DNA from: a virus
Taxonomy: Duplodnaviria > Caudoviricetes
Direction: 5' to 3' (one strand)
DNA: 40,550 nucleotides
Virus record (IMG/VR): IMGVR_UViG_3300037524_001137
Span: 1 to 40,550 of that record
Position numbers and translations under genes: made by a program. Numbering within the stretch: position 1 is the first letter of the stretch; each line of letters opens with the position of its first letter. Shown here piece by piece: positions 15,878 to 26,231 of this stretch. The notes under the pieces are model-generated. The model was given only the letters and a program-made list of their open reading frames with translations. It was not told the DNA's origin and searched no databases.

Positions 15878-18800
15878 ATGGCTGGTAATACCTTGGATCT
15901 ACTGATTCAAGCGCGTGCTGATTTTGGTAACGCGCAGAGTCAGATCCGCAACCTGCACACTTTGTTGAAAGGGCTTGATCAGTCAACCCCGGGTGGGCTG
16001 ATTTCCTTGCCGCCTGACACGATGAAGAACATCGAGGCCCTGCAAAAGGCACTAGCCAAAGCGGGCATGGCCGGGAAGGCGCTGAAGGAAATTCAGTTTC
16101 CGGAGGGGAAATTCCGGGCTGCTGCTGCTCAAGTCGAGCAAATGCGGCGCAATTTCGAGCAAATTCAAAAGACCGATCTGGGGCGCCAGGTGCGCCAGAT
16201 GGCGCAGTCGGCGGGGCAGGATACCAGCAATCCACTGGGATGGAACTGGAAAAACATGACGCGGGGCATGCAGGCGCAGGACGCTACAATTCTGCGTAAC
16301 GCCTTCCGTAATTCCCTATATCAAGTCCACGGCACACCGCCGGGGTCGGGCGGTGGCGGCAGCGAAGGTCCGGGTGGCCACGGTGGCGGACGCGATTGGG
16401 GCGGCATGGGCGGACGTGTCGGGGCCTGGATGGGTAATAGCATCGGCGGTTCCATCCTGCGCACCGGCGGCATGCTTAGCTCGTTGGCGGTCGGCGGCGG
16501 CGTCATGGGGGCGATGTTTGCCGGGTACCGCGAGAATCAGCAGACCCTGGAAGGGGTGGATGCCATCTTCAAGTCCATCGGCGGCAACGTCGGGGGCTTT
16601 TCGGCGCTGAAGGACCAGGTCACGGAACTGGGTAGCGCCCTGCAAATCACCGGATCGGCGGCCTCGGAACTGGCGGCCTCTTTTGTGCGTACCTCCGGAG
16701 CCAACGACATGCAGGCCCTGGAGCGCGCCCAGGCGGCAGGACAGTTTGGGCGCGGCCTGGGCATGGACCCAGGGGCCAGCGCCCAATTGTTCGGTCGTGC
16801 CGGCCTGATCGGGGTCGGTAATACCCGCCAGACGCAACGCGACTTTGCGTCCCTGATGGGCAAGACCATTGCCGACTCCGGGATGTTCGCCCGTTCCGAG
16901 CAGGTGATGGAGGGCATGGTCGGGCAACTGGAGCGCATTGCCTCCACCCAGGGCCGCACCGCCTCGGCGGGGGAGATGCAGAGCATCAGCGCCATTCTCG
17001 GCGACCTGTTGAAAAGCCCCGCCCTGCGCGGGGGCGGGGCCGAAAGCGTCATGGGGGTGGCGCAACGCCTGGGCAACGGCAGCGATCTCGCCATGGCGAT
17101 GATGGCCTATGAGGGCGTCACTGGGGGCGATCTGGGAAAAACACTGGAGATCGCTTACTCCGATGCCATGACGCCGATTGGCCAGTTACGCGGCTTCGAG
17201 GGCACTGGCATCACCGACACCCGTGCCGATTACATGGTGAGGAACGTGCGCCGTCTGAGCCAGGGCACTGGTTTGGACGAGGGTCAATTTGCCGCCAATT
17301 ATTTTGGGGTCAACCCCGAGCTGTATCGGCAATATGCGCAGACCTTTGACGGCAAGCGCCTGGCCGAGGACGACAGCGGCTTCCGTTCCTGGATGGGGCA
17401 GATGGGCCTGGACCCCAACCAGGTCAACATGGGCGGCATAGGGACCCTGGCCGACATCTATAAAAACCAGGGGGCAGCGCCGGGAAGCGCGCACATCAAC
17501 CGCCTGGTCAGCTTAGCGGAGGAGTATCGCACCAACGGCCAGCTCAAAGACCAGCCGGAACTATTGGAGGCGCTTAACAAAGCCAGCGATCCCCAGCAGT
17601 TGCAGGCGGTCATGGCCAAGATCGTCGGCACGGTTGGGGCGCCTAAAACGGAGGCCGATCTGGCGCGTCAGGCCCAGGCGGACCTGACGACGGCCTTGGG
17701 TCAGGTTGGCGAGGCAATCAACAAGCTGATTCCGGCCATCCAGAACGATTTAGCGCCGTGGGTTAAAAAGGCGGCGGAATATCTGCGCGACATCATTGAT
17801 TTCTTCACTGCGGACACCGAAAAGCAGGCGGCGATCAAGGACCAACGCCAACGGGACAATCGCACCATGGAAAATTGGCGTGAACTGGGGTGGGTGGATA
17901 ACGAAGGTCACCAAACCGAGCAGTTTGGCAGTGATCCGTGGGCGCGCGATCAATATGAGCGCATTGCTCGCGAGCGTGGCATTAGGCGTCCTGCAACACC
18001 GACCGGCACGGGTGCCGCTGCGGATGGCACATCGGTACCCAATGGCCAGCAGCCAGCCTACAAAAGCTGGAATGTCGCGCCACCCCAGGCCGGCAATAGC
18101 GGAGTGACGGGATCGTCGGCTACGCTGGCGGCTCAAGCAGCTTTGGACCCCAATGCGCCTGGTCGCAATGTGCTGCTCGACATGATTGCTGCGCCGGAGT
18201 CGGGCGGTCATTACAACGCTATGTACAAAGCGGCAGGACAAACAGATATTGATTTGACCGGCATGACCATGGATGAAATTGATGCCTTGCAGACTCGCAT
18301 GATCAACGAGCGCGGCGGCTCTGCTATTGGGCGTTACCAGTATGTGCAGGATACTTTGCGTGGTTTGCGCAAAGACATGGGAATTGGTGGCAGCGAAAAG
18401 TTTACGCCGGAATTACAGGACCGGCTGGCAACGGAATCCATGCGCCGACGCGGCTTGTTGGACTGGGAAGCCGGCACCTTGCCGGATGCGGATTTCCAGT
18501 TCAATCTGTCGCAAGAGTGGGCGGGGCTACCCAAGGATGCATCTGGGCTTAGTTATCATCATGGGTTCAACGGCAATCGCGCCAACCTCTCGCATGGGCG
18601 CATGCAGGGCTATTTTTCAGATGCAAGAGCGGCGCGGAGTGCCACTTCTGCCGCCCCCGCTGCTCCGGTGGCGGCAGAACCGGCGGTAGCCCCGGCGCCC
18701 CCGGTGGCGGCAGAGCCGGCGGTAGCCCCGGCGCCCCCGGTGGCGGCGGAACCGGCTACAGCCCCGGCGGCCCCGGTCGCGGCAGAGCCGGCGTTAGCCC

Positions 18801-19591
18801 CTGCTCCTCCAGTGCAGCCCGGGACAGAAGGTGCGCTGGCGTCTGGACGCCAGCAAACCTGGAATAATGGCCAACCTATTGGTTGGCATGGCGATGTGAT
18901 GGACCCGCGCTATAGTGCCGACAACATTGGCAAAATGGCACAGGAATTGGGGATCTTGCGGGATGAAGCCTACAATCGTCTTGAAGCGGAAGACCTCAAA
19001 AATCCTAACAACCTCGTCCCTAAAGCGACTGATCAAGGGGTAACGGCTACGCCGAGCACCACAGTCAGTGATACCCCGGCGCAAGGTGCGCCCAATGCAC
19101 CCGAGGTGCCTCAGCATGCACAAGATTTGGCTGTACTGGCACCGCGCTTGGGTGATAACGGGCCGCGTCAGCAGGTATTGCCGACAACAACTATTAACTC
19201 GGAAGAAGCTAAGGCAGGTCTGACCCCGGAACAACGCGCTCGACTGGACGAAACGCTGAAAGCGGCAGAGGCGCGTGATGCCGCCGCCAAGGCCGCAGGC
19301 AAGCCTGCCTACGATGGCATCCGGGACTTCGGCAATCGCAACGGTATGGGCGCGATGCCTGACCCCATGGCCTCACCGCCCCCAACACCAGATCCGGTTG
19401 TTAGCATGACCAATCCCACGGCGGCCAATGCCCGCGTGGACGGACAGGTCAGCGTGAACATCAATGTCGCCAAAGACGGCAAGCCGGTCAGCGAATCGTT
19501 CCGCGCCCTGTCCTTTGGTGAGCCGCGTGTCCCAGGATCGGGGGGCACTATGCCCAAGAACAATCGTGTCGAATGGAGCAATACCGTCTAA
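15878..19591 (+). CDS. Tape measure protein with lysozyme-like domain
   Basis: 1237 aa following the chaperones; ES.G.YN...SAIGRYQY...FTPELQD...SQEWAGLP is a lambda-lysozyme-like pattern. Confidence 0.85.
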   Translation: MAGNTLDLLIQARADFGNAQSQIRNLHTLLKGLDQSTPGGLISLPPDTMKNIEALQKALAKAGMAGKALKEIQFPEGKFRAAAAQVEQMRRNFEQIQKTDLGRQVRQMAQSAGQDTSNPLGWNWKNMTRGMQAQDATILRNAFRNSLYQVHGTPPGSGGGGSEGPGGHGGGRDWGGMGGRVGAWMGNSIGGSILRTGGMLSSLAVGGGVMGAMFAGYRENQQTLEGVDAIFKSIGGNVGGFSALKDQVTELGSALQITGSAASELAASFVRTSGANDMQALERAQAAGQFGRGLGMDPGASAQLFGRAGLIGVGNTRQTQRDFASLMGKTIADSGMFARSEQVMEGMVGQLERIASTQGRTASAGEMQSISAILGDLLKSPALRGGGAESVMGVAQRLGNGSDLAMAMMAYEGVTGGDLGKTLEIAYSDAMTPIGQLRGFEGTGITDTRADYMVRNVRRLSQGTGLDEGQFAANYFGVNPELYRQYAQTFDGKRLAEDDSGFRSWMGQMGLDPNQVNMGGIGTLADIYKNQGAAPGSAHINRLVSLAEEYRTNGQLKDQPELLEALNKASDPQQLQAVMAKIVGTVGAPKTEADLARQAQADLTTALGQVGEAINKLIPAIQNDLAPWVKKAAEYLRDIIDFFTADTEKQAAIKDQRQRDNRTMENWRELGWVDNEGHQTEQFGSDPWARDQYERIARERGIRRPATPTGTGAAADGTSVPNGQQPAYKSWNVAPPQAGNSGVTGSSATLAAQAALDPNAPGRNVLLDMIAAPESGGHYNAMYKAAGQTDIDLTGMTMDEIDALQTRMINERGGSAIGRYQYVQDTLRGLRKDMGIGGSEKFTPELQDRLATESMRRRGLLDWEAGTLPDADFQFNLSQEWAGLPKDASGLSYHHGFNGNRANLSHGRMQGYFSDARAARSATSAAPAAPVAAEPAVAPAPPVAAEPAVAPAPPVAAEPATAPAAPVAAEPALAPAPPVQPGTEGALASGRQQTWNNGQPIGWHGDVMDPRYSADNIGKMAQELGILRDEAYNRLEAEDLKNPNNLVPKATDQGVTATPSTTVSDTPAQGAPNAPEVPQHAQDLAVLAPRLGDNGPRQQVLPTTTINSEEAKAGLTPEQRARLDETLKAAEARDAAAKAAGKPAYDGIRDFGNRNGMGAMPDPMASPPPTPDPVVSMTNPTAANARVDGQVSVNINVAKDGKPVSESFRALSFGEPRVPGSGGTMPKNNRVEWSNTV
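18665..18812 (+). repeat. 36-bp tandem repeat, about 4 copies (PVAAEPAVAPAP)
   Basis: Directly visible in-frame repeat inside the tape measure gene. Confidence 0.9.
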
Positions 19592-19594
19592 GCC

Positions 19595-21040
19595 ATGGCC
19601 GCACCCATCTATTCCTACCGTCCCGAGATCAAGATCGAGATTCTTGACAACGACATCACGATCAATCTGGGGGACAAGGGCGCCTGCACCATCCGCAAGA
19701 ACCTCTATCAGCCGGCTGGGGAGTTTCAGTTGGTTTTTCCGGATATCCCCGTCCAAGGCTGGTTTGGCGACGCATCCAATAGCACCCTAGCGCGGGAATC
19801 GCTGTATGGCCTGGTCAATCCCATGGACCGCATTGTGATCTGGGTCCGGCGCTGGCGGGATGGGACGCAAAGTATTGAGCCCTGGATTCCCGTCCTGACT
19901 GGCTTTGTGCGCTCGGTGGGGCGCGATGAAATGGTAGGTCCCGATGGCCGACCCCAACGGCAGGTGGTGATCGCGGGCCAGGATTGTGGCGCGGTATTTT
20001 TGATGGAGCAGGCAGGCGTATTTATCAGCTATGGCAATGAAACCTTGGGCTCACCTATTTCCGACCCTAAGCTGATCCCATTCGCATGGCTGCGCGAATA
20101 TGGCCTGACCAGTACCCTACAAAAGATCGAAGATTTTATTTGGGAGGTGGCAACCAAAACCACCGAGTCAATCATGAAAGTGGCTGACTTCGAGTTCCAA
20201 AAGAAATTCTACGTCCAGAAGGGCACGATCCAGCCGCACAGTGCCTTTACCCAGGAAGGCGCCATTTGGGAAATGCTCTATCGCTACGCTGATGGCCCCT
20301 GGAACGAGTTTTTCGTCCGCGAGAACCGCAACATGCTGGACGAGCAGGGCAACGGTAAGACCGGGGTCGATTATCACGCCAAAGAGATGGTCGACCCGGA
20401 ACTGGTGTTTCGCCCGACGCCCTGGCTGGACTGGGAAGAAAATCCGCTGCCCGATGTCAACATGGATTCCGTGACCATGTGGAACGTCAAACTGGCCCAT
20501 GTCGTGGCCCTGCGTGCCCACCGGGATGATTCCGAGTTGGTCAATCATACCTGGGTGCAGACTCCGCTGGCGATGGCGGCGGCCTATACCCAAGCGGTCA
20601 AGGGCCATCGCGGATTGGTCAATGCCGATACCCGAGAAAAATTTGGTGACCGGATGCAGGTCGAGGCGACCCGGCTGTGGCCCTCTGACTTGTCGCATGC
20701 CCCCATCAACTTGCCAATGGATGAACAGAAACAAGCCGACGAAAAGCAATGGGACTGGGCCACAGAGCGCCGCAACTGGATGATTCAGGCGCAGACCAGC
20801 ATTCACGAATTTGAACGCGGCAGCATGACGCTAAAGGGTTACCCCATGATGCGGGTCGGGGACTATTTCCGGCTGCACCGGGGCGATGTCAAGTGGATGG
20901 GCTACATCACCAACGTCGTCCATGACTTCCAGCCGTACCGGCGCTACCTGACCACTTTGGATTACATCCGGGGCAATCAGGCCAAGGTCAGGCGGACGCT
21001 GGATAATCCTTGGGACCAAGAACGTAAACCTGCAGGTTAA
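19595..21040 (+). CDS. Baseplate hub / tail protein
   Basis: Follows the tape measure; G+D-G start of hub fold, PWNEFFV, LVFRPTPW, C-terminal RVGD...YITNVVHDF. Confidence 0.7.
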   Translation: MAAPIYSYRPEIKIEILDNDITINLGDKGACTIRKNLYQPAGEFQLVFPDIPVQGWFGDASNSTLARESLYGLVNPMDRIVIWVRRWRDGTQSIEPWIPVLTGFVRSVGRDEMVGPDGRPQRQVVIAGQDCGAVFLMEQAGVFISYGNETLGSPISDPKLIPFAWLREYGLTSTLQKIEDFIWEVATKTTESIMKVADFEFQKKFYVQKGTIQPHSAFTQEGAIWEMLYRYADGPWNEFFVRENRNMLDEQGNGKTGVDYHAKEMVDPELVFRPTPWLDWEENPLPDVNMDSVTMWNVKLAHVVALRAHRDDSELVNHTWVQTPLAMAAAYTQAVKGHRGLVNADTREKFGDRMQVEATRLWPSDLSHAPINLPMDEQKQADEKQWDWATERRNWMIQAQTSIHEFERGSMTLKGYPMMRVGDYFRLHRGDVKWMGYITNVVHDFQPYRRYLTTLDYIRGNQAKVRRTLDNPWDQERKPAG

Positions 21041-21042
21041 GT

Positions 21043-21879
21043 ATGATTTCTTCCCCATTGGCCGCCAGCACTATTCGTATGGCGCGCGTGACCCACGTTC
21101 ATCCCGAAGGGCAAAAGATGGAGGTCATCTTCCTCGATACCGGGGATTATGGCAGGGATGTGCAACTGATGACGCCCTATGGCGGCACCGACTTTGGCTT
21201 AACCACGGGGGTGCCTGCTCCTGAAGAGGAGGGTCATGATCCCAACACGGAGCCGTGGGACCCCAACGTGCGGCACATTAACTGCGTGGTGGCGACCTGT
21301 GGTGGCATCCATATTTGTCTGGGTTTTCTCTACCCGCAATGCACCCACATGGCCTTCACTAAAGGGCAGGACAAAAACCGCTTGATCGAGCGTCACACCA
21401 GTGACTTCGTGCGCACCATCTCCGATGCCGGGGATATGGATATGGTACATCCTGCGGGTGCCTTTTTGCGGATTGGCAACGGGACCAAGCCAGACAACTT
21501 GGCAGGGCGAGATTTTGATGGCGTGTGGCAAATCAAGCACAACACCGGCGGGGCGGTGACGATTACTCTCTCCAACTCATCGGGTAATGGCGGCGGCAAA
21601 ACATCAATGGCCATGACCCCAGAAGGCAACATTGAAATCAATACCTCGCATGACGTCACCATTGTGTCGGAGCGCGACGTCAAAGTTTTGGGATATGCAC
21701 ATGTGGATATCAAATCCTTTGGCGCTGCGAACCTGGAAGCCACGGGTGATTGTGCGGTCAAGGCCGGCAGCAAACTGTATCTGACCGCAGGCGAGCAGAT
21801 TCGCCTTACCGCGCCCAACATCAAAGTGTGCTCCGATTTCCCGCGCACGAGCACACCCTGGGTAATTGAAGGCTGCTAG
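21043..21879 (+). CDS. Baseplate spike (gpV-like)
   Basis: N-terminal OB-like ARVTHVHPE; C-terminal 8-residue beta repeats (GNIEINTS HDVTIVSE RDVKVLGY ...). Confidence 0.7.
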   Translation: MISSPLAASTIRMARVTHVHPEGQKMEVIFLDTGDYGRDVQLMTPYGGTDFGLTTGVPAPEEEGHDPNTEPWDPNVRHINCVVATCGGIHICLGFLYPQCTHMAFTKGQDKNRLIERHTSDFVRTISDAGDMDMVHPAGAFLRIGNGTKPDNLAGRDFDGVWQIKHNTGGAVTITLSNSSGNGGGKTSMAMTPEGNIEINTSHDVTIVSERDVKVLGYAHVDIKSFGAANLEATGDCAVKAGSKLYLTAGEQIRLTAPNIKVCSDFPRTSTPWVIEGC

Positions 21880-21917
21880 ACCGCCGGGCCGCATGCGCCC
21901 CGGCACAAGCGCCCGCA

Positions 21918-21933
21918 GTCGTGACGCCACAAT
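21918..21933 (+). promoter_or_regulatory. GTCGTGAC-NN-YAnnnT motif copy 4
   Basis: GTCGTGAC GC CACAAT, 9 nt before ATG 21943; part of inverted repeat TCGTGACG..CGTCACGA. Confidence 0.6.
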
Positions 21934-21942
21934 GACGTCACG

Positions 21943-22470
21943 ATGCCTACCAGTCAGAAAGACCTACCGATTGGGATTGTTATCACCCTCAGCACGGGGG
22001 TGAGTTTCGGCGGCTTTGATCTGGCCGCCCCGGTCTCTTTTTACCTGTTCAATCCCCGTCCCGAGTCGATTCAATATAGCTACCCGACCCGAGGCACCAT
22101 TATCCAGACCTTTGATGGTGGCTTTGTTGATGACTTTGGCGAGGGCCTGGTGGATATCGTGGTTTCAGGTCACACCGGCTGGCGTAAAGGCGTGGCGATG
22201 GATGGCTTTATGGCCTTTCTGACATTCCGCGAGATGGTCATTCGTTTATTCCACCAACTGCGTGCGGCCCAGGCCGCTGCTGGCTTGCCGATTGAAAATG
22301 TCAAGATGTACTGGGTCGATACCCTGAATGTCTGCGTCTATGAGGTCTATCCCATCAGCCTCCAGACACAAAAAAATCGCCAGCGGCCCCTTTTGTATCA
22401 ATACACCCTGCGTATGACCGGCATCAAATCCTACGGCGTGTCCGACGCCATCGGTGGATTGTTGACATGA
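21943..22470 (+). CDS. Baseplate / tube-initiator-like protein
   Basis: PESIQYSYPTR..IIQT..G.FVDDFG.G...I..SGHTGW and PLLYQY motifs. Confidence 0.6.
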   Translation: MPTSQKDLPIGIVITLSTGVSFGGFDLAAPVSFYLFNPRPESIQYSYPTRGTIIQTFDGGFVDDFGEGLVDIVVSGHTGWRKGVAMDGFMAFLTFREMVIRLFHQLRAAQAAAGLPIENVKMYWVDTLNVCVYEVYPISLQTQKNRQRPLLYQYTLRMTGIKSYGVSDAIGGLLT

Positions 22471-23027
22471 CATCGCCGGCACTTTTGGCCTTGACTGCGC
22501 CCGCGCAGGTGCCGGCCGCCGCGAGAGCGCGCCTAGAGGTGACGGCAGCGAGCTTGCTGGGGGAAAGCCTGTCCACCCGCGCCGGCCTCTATGCGGGGCT
22601 GCTGGGCCGCCTGGCGGATGTCGCGCGCTGCGCCGCGCCTTTGTTGACGGCAGCGATTAATAACACAGCAGCTGAAGCCGACCTGGCCGGATTAGTTAAT
22701 GCACAACGGGTAGTACGAGCTACCGAACGCTTGTTGAATGAGCTGGCGTCGCGCTCAGAGCGCCGCGCGCGCATCTACGCCTGCACCTGGGCGCAAACGG
22801 TGCGTCAGATGTGGGCGGACCTAGCCCTGACGCAACAGGAATTTTCCGCTACCGCTTACCTGGGCGTGGATTGGGTCACCGCACAAGCCATCGCGCCAGT
22901 GCGCATTTTGCCAGGCGCCGAAAGCACTTTGACCTTGCTGAACCAAGACCCCCTGCGGGTCGGCGCCACCTGGGATCTGCCGTCCATGGCGGAGACCTTG
23001 ACGCGCTACGTGCAGGTACGAGCATGA
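22467..23027 (+). CDS. Hypothetical baseplate-region protein
   Basis: ATGA overlaps on both sides. Confidence 0.6.
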   Translation: MTSPALLALTAPAQVPAAARARLEVTAASLLGESLSTRAGLYAGLLGRLADVARCAAPLLTAAINNTAAEADLAGLVNAQRVVRATERLLNELASRSERRARIYACTWAQTVRQMWADLALTQQEFSATAYLGVDWVTAQAIAPVRILPGAESTLTLLNQDPLRVGATWDLPSMAETLTRYVQVRA

Positions 23028-23629
23028 GTCGCGTCAAAAGCATGGTGTTGCAGCAGGGCGAGGACCTGCGCGCTATTGCCACCCGGGAACTAAGCGATGC
23101 CACCCGCTGGGCGGAGATTGCGCGACTGAATGACCTGCGGCTGCCGTTCATCATCTCCTCCTGGCACCCGGCGGATCGCCTGCCGCACACCCTGATCTGG
23201 GGCGATTCTTTCCTGATTCCCTGGCCCAACAACGCCGCACTGCCGCCGACTCTGGTTAGCACACATGGGACCGACTTGGCGTTATTGCATGGGCAGCTCA
23301 CAGAAAGCAACGGCGACTTGGCTGTGATGCGCGGTGTCGACAATATTATCCAAGCCTTGTCGCATCGGCTGAAGACCTTGCTGGGCGAGCTGACTTATCA
23401 CCCGCGCTATGGCTGCAATGTCAGCCTGGCTTTAGGTCTGCCTACAGCGCCCTTTTCGAGCCTGATGGCCTCGGCATGGGTCCATGAAGCCCTCAAGGCC
23501 GAGCCGCGCGTGTTTCAAATCCATGCCTGCAAGGCGGAGGTTGATGGCGACATTATCCGTATAGCGGCCAAAATCACCCTGGTAGGCGACAACAGCCCCT
23601 TCGATTTAAATTTGGTGCTGAATCCATGA
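23024..23629 (+). CDS. LysM-like plus gp25/gpW-like baseplate wedge protein
   Basis: GEDLRAIA.RELSDATRWAEIARLN (LysM-like); QAL..RLKT..GEL.YHP.YG...EPRV (gp25-like). Confidence 0.75.
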   Translation: MSRVKSMVLQQGEDLRAIATRELSDATRWAEIARLNDLRLPFIISSWHPADRLPHTLIWGDSFLIPWPNNAALPPTLVSTHGTDLALLHGQLTESNGDLAVMRGVDNIIQALSHRLKTLLGELTYHPRYGCNVSLALGLPTAPFSSLMASAWVHEALKAEPRVFQIHACKAEVDGDIIRIAAKITLVGDNSPFDLNLVLNP

Positions 23630-24732
23630 CCGCCATCTTTACCCCTAAGCCCTTTGTTGAGATTCTTGCTGATGCGGTTGAGCGGGTGCGCCTCTCCACC
23701 GATCGTTTGACCGATTTCAATGTGGGCTCGGTCACCCGCAGCCTGTTAGAAGCCCATGCCGTCGAGCTGGACAACTATTACCAGGAGATGTATCTGGGCC
23801 TGATGCGGGCCATTCCCACGGCGATCTATATTGGCTTTGGCTTTGACCGCAAGCCAGCGGTCGCGGCAGCCGGCACGGCGGTGTTTAGCCGTGCAGAGTC
23901 CGCACCCGAAGAGTCCATCACCATCCCGCAAGGTACGCGACTGGGCACGGTGGGAGGCACTTATTTTGTCACAGATGCTGCTGTCACCATCCTGCTCAAT
24001 GCCACCTCAGCCACGGTCACTATCACGGCGGAAATCCCAGGTGCCGCAAGCAATTCCGATCCGAACACCTTGTTCCTGGCCGACACCGTCACGAGCGATT
24101 TTACGGTCACCAATCCTGCCATTTTATCGGGCGGGGAAGACGCCGAAACAGAAGAACAGCGCGCCGAGCGTTTTGCCGCCTTTATTCGCGCGTTGGCGCG
24201 TGGTACCCCGGCGGCTTTGGAGTATGCGGCCACCTTGCCCGCCATTTATCATCCAATTACTGGCGTTTTAGCGGAACGGGTGCAGCGTGCTGCCGTGCAT
24301 GAAACGCCGGGGTATGTCGAGTTATTTATCCATAATGGCAGCTACGGTGCTTCAGCAGAACTCGTGCAAGCGGTACAAGCGGTTATTGATGGGACGCACG
24401 AGCAAGCCACCTGGATTAATGGCTATCGCCCGGCAGGCATGCGTGTGGTGGTGCAGGTGATGACCGAAACCGCCTTACACGTCAGTTATGAGTTAACCGC
24501 CAGCCTGGGGGCCTCCCAAGCGGACATTGCGACGGCTTTGGCCAGCAAGGTGGCGGCCTGGTTGCGCGATGCCATCCCGGGTCAACGCTTACGCCCCCTG
24601 GACTTGATCAATCTGGCGATTACGACCGATGGCGTCAGTAGCGCGCTGTTACTGGCTCCCACCGCGACGACAACCGTAGCGGCCAATACCGTGATGTCTT
24701 TGGGGTCCTTGACGCTGACATGGGGCGAGTAA
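23626..24732 (+). CDS. Baseplate J-like protein
   Basis: TDFNVGSVTRSLLEA, IPQGT, GGEDAETEEQ..ERF, ARGT..ALEYA. Confidence 0.9.
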   Translation: MTAIFTPKPFVEILADAVERVRLSTDRLTDFNVGSVTRSLLEAHAVELDNYYQEMYLGLMRAIPTAIYIGFGFDRKPAVAAAGTAVFSRAESAPEESITIPQGTRLGTVGGTYFVTDAAVTILLNATSATVTITAEIPGAASNSDPNTLFLADTVTSDFTVTNPAILSGGEDAETEEQRAERFAAFIRALARGTPAALEYAATLPAIYHPITGVLAERVQRAAVHETPGYVELFIHNGSYGASAELVQAVQAVIDGTHEQATWINGYRPAGMRVVVQVMTETALHVSYELTASLGASQADIATALASKVAAWLRDAIPGQRLRPLDLINLAITTDGVSSALLLAPTATTTVAANTVMSLGSLTLTWGE

Positions 24733-26189
24733 GCCAAGCCCTGCAGGGCCACCTGCACAGCATTTTTGACACGCAGGCGGCGCCGGTGCTGGCGCTGCGC
24801 GTCCGTCACCCGGCTGGGGCACGCTGGTCGATCAGCGACGAGACGCTGACGCTGATCGCTGGTGACAACACCCTGAGCCTGGAGCTGCGTGAGCATACCC
24901 TGGGCAGCCTGGCATCGGCGCTGACCACCGCTGGCTTTGACGTGGTGTATCTCCATTCAGCCGTCAGTCACCTGGCGGCTACGACCTTGTTGACGGGGCA
25001 GGGCGATCAAGGTGACAGCAATGGCGATCATCTGACGATCTTCACCGCCCCCTTGGCCGTACTGTTAGACGCCTGGGGCTTGGGATTGGGTGAGGGTCAG
25101 GCGGCCATTGCCGCCGCTCTGGCACAGATGATTTTGCCCCAGGCGACCCAGGAGTGGGCCGACCTGTTTGGGGAAATCTTCGGCATACCCCGCATCGGGA
25201 CAGTAGCCGCCAGTCCCTATCGTGACCTGGCACGCCTGATTACCCGTTATAACCCCGCCCATGCCTCTGGGTTGGAAGCACCCCTTTATCAGGGTTGGGA
25301 GCAGTTTTTTACGGCGCTGCTCGGCCTGACCCGCGCGCCGGGGGAAAGCGCCGCACAGTTTCATGCGCGGCTGCTGGAGACGGCACTGCAGCGTCCCGCC
25401 CTGGCTCTGCCGCCATTGGAGATCGATGCCGCGTATACCGCCCGCATCATGGCCGAAGTCCAGCGAGCACGCGGTAGCCCGCCGGCAATAGCGCACAACA
25501 TTCAGCGATCAACTGAGCAGGCGGTGCAGGTACGGGAACCGTGGCAGGAGGTGCTTTACCTGTCCGATGGCGCGTTGTCTGCAGATCGCCATTTGCAGGG
25601 TGCGGGAATTTACGAATATCACATCGTGCAACTGGTCGCGCGACGCGGGTTAAACTGGACGCCCGTGCTGCGCGAGGCCGAGGCTGATCGTCCGGCGGGC
25701 ACTTGGATGCTGCCGCCCGCGACCCATCTGTGGCCTTTTTTGTGTGCTATGGAGGATATCACCAGCCAATTGGGGCGGGTATGGGTGTGGGCTGAAGAGT
25801 TGAAATGGCATGCTTACGGATGTTTGTCCGTTGATTTAGTGCTGTCGCATTACGTGCCGCCACCGCCGTGTCACGTGGGCCGCGTGGCAGTGAAGGCCCT
25901 GTGGAGCCGCGCCGGGTTGCGCGGTCCTTATGAATACTATGACAACGACATTATGGGCTGGTTTGGTGACTGGGATGATCGGTCCTGGCATTTCACCGTG
26001 GAGCGCCCGATCGAGATGTATCCGCCCCACAGCACCGTAATTGTTAATCTGGTAACTGAGGATGGTGTGTATCTTGTGACCGAAGACGGTAAATATTTAG
26101 CAGTCCCCCTAAATGTGAAGCTGGTAACTGAGGACGGTGTGTATCTTGTGACCGAAGACGGTAAATATTTAGGAATCCCCAATGGCTGA
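24720..26189 (+). CDS. Baseplate wedge (gpI-like) protein with LVTEDG-repeat tail
   Basis: Follows baseplate J; ATQEWADLFGEIFGIPR and RPAGT motifs; C-terminus has 4x LVTEDG. Confidence 0.65.
   Translation: MGRVSQALQGHLHSIFDTQAAPVLALRVRHPAGARWSISDETLTLIAGDNTLSLELREHTLGSLASALTTAGFDVVYLHSAVSHLAATTLLTGQGDQGDSNGDHLTIFTAPLAVLLDAWGLGLGEGQAAIAAALAQMILPQATQEWADLFGEIFGIPRIGTVAASPYRDLARLITRYNPAHASGLEAPLYQGWEQFFTALLGLTRAPGESAAQFHARLLETALQRPALALPPLEIDAAYTARIMAEVQRARGSPPAIAHNIQRSTEQAVQVREPWQEVLYLSDGALSADRHLQGAGIYEYHIVQLVARRGLNWTPVLREAEADRPAGTWMLPPATHLWPFLCAMEDITSQLGRVWVWAEELKWHAYGCLSVDLVLSHYVPPPPCHVGRVAVKALWSRAGLRGPYEYYDNDIMGWFGDWDDRSWHFTVERPIEMYPPHSTVIVNLVTEDGVYLVTEDGKYLAVPLNVKLVTEDGVYLVTEDGKYLGIPNG
26049..26172 (+). 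repeat. 52-bp direct repeat, 2 copies (72-bp period)
   Basis: 26049-26100 vs 26121-26172 differ at one synonymous base (gat/gac); encodes LVTEDGVYLVTEDGKYL. Confidence 0.9.
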
Positions 26190-26231
26190 GCTGAGGGTTG
26201 GTAATACCTCACCAACCTTCGGGCCAGAGTA

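Noticed and set aside
26049-26172. Possible mini CRISPR array
   Set aside because: Only two 52-bp copies, in frame within a CDS and differing at a synonymous site; no cas operon.
26191-26222. Hairpin as an intrinsic terminator
   Set aside because: Good stem but no U-tract; noted only as a structure preceding the promoter-like motif.
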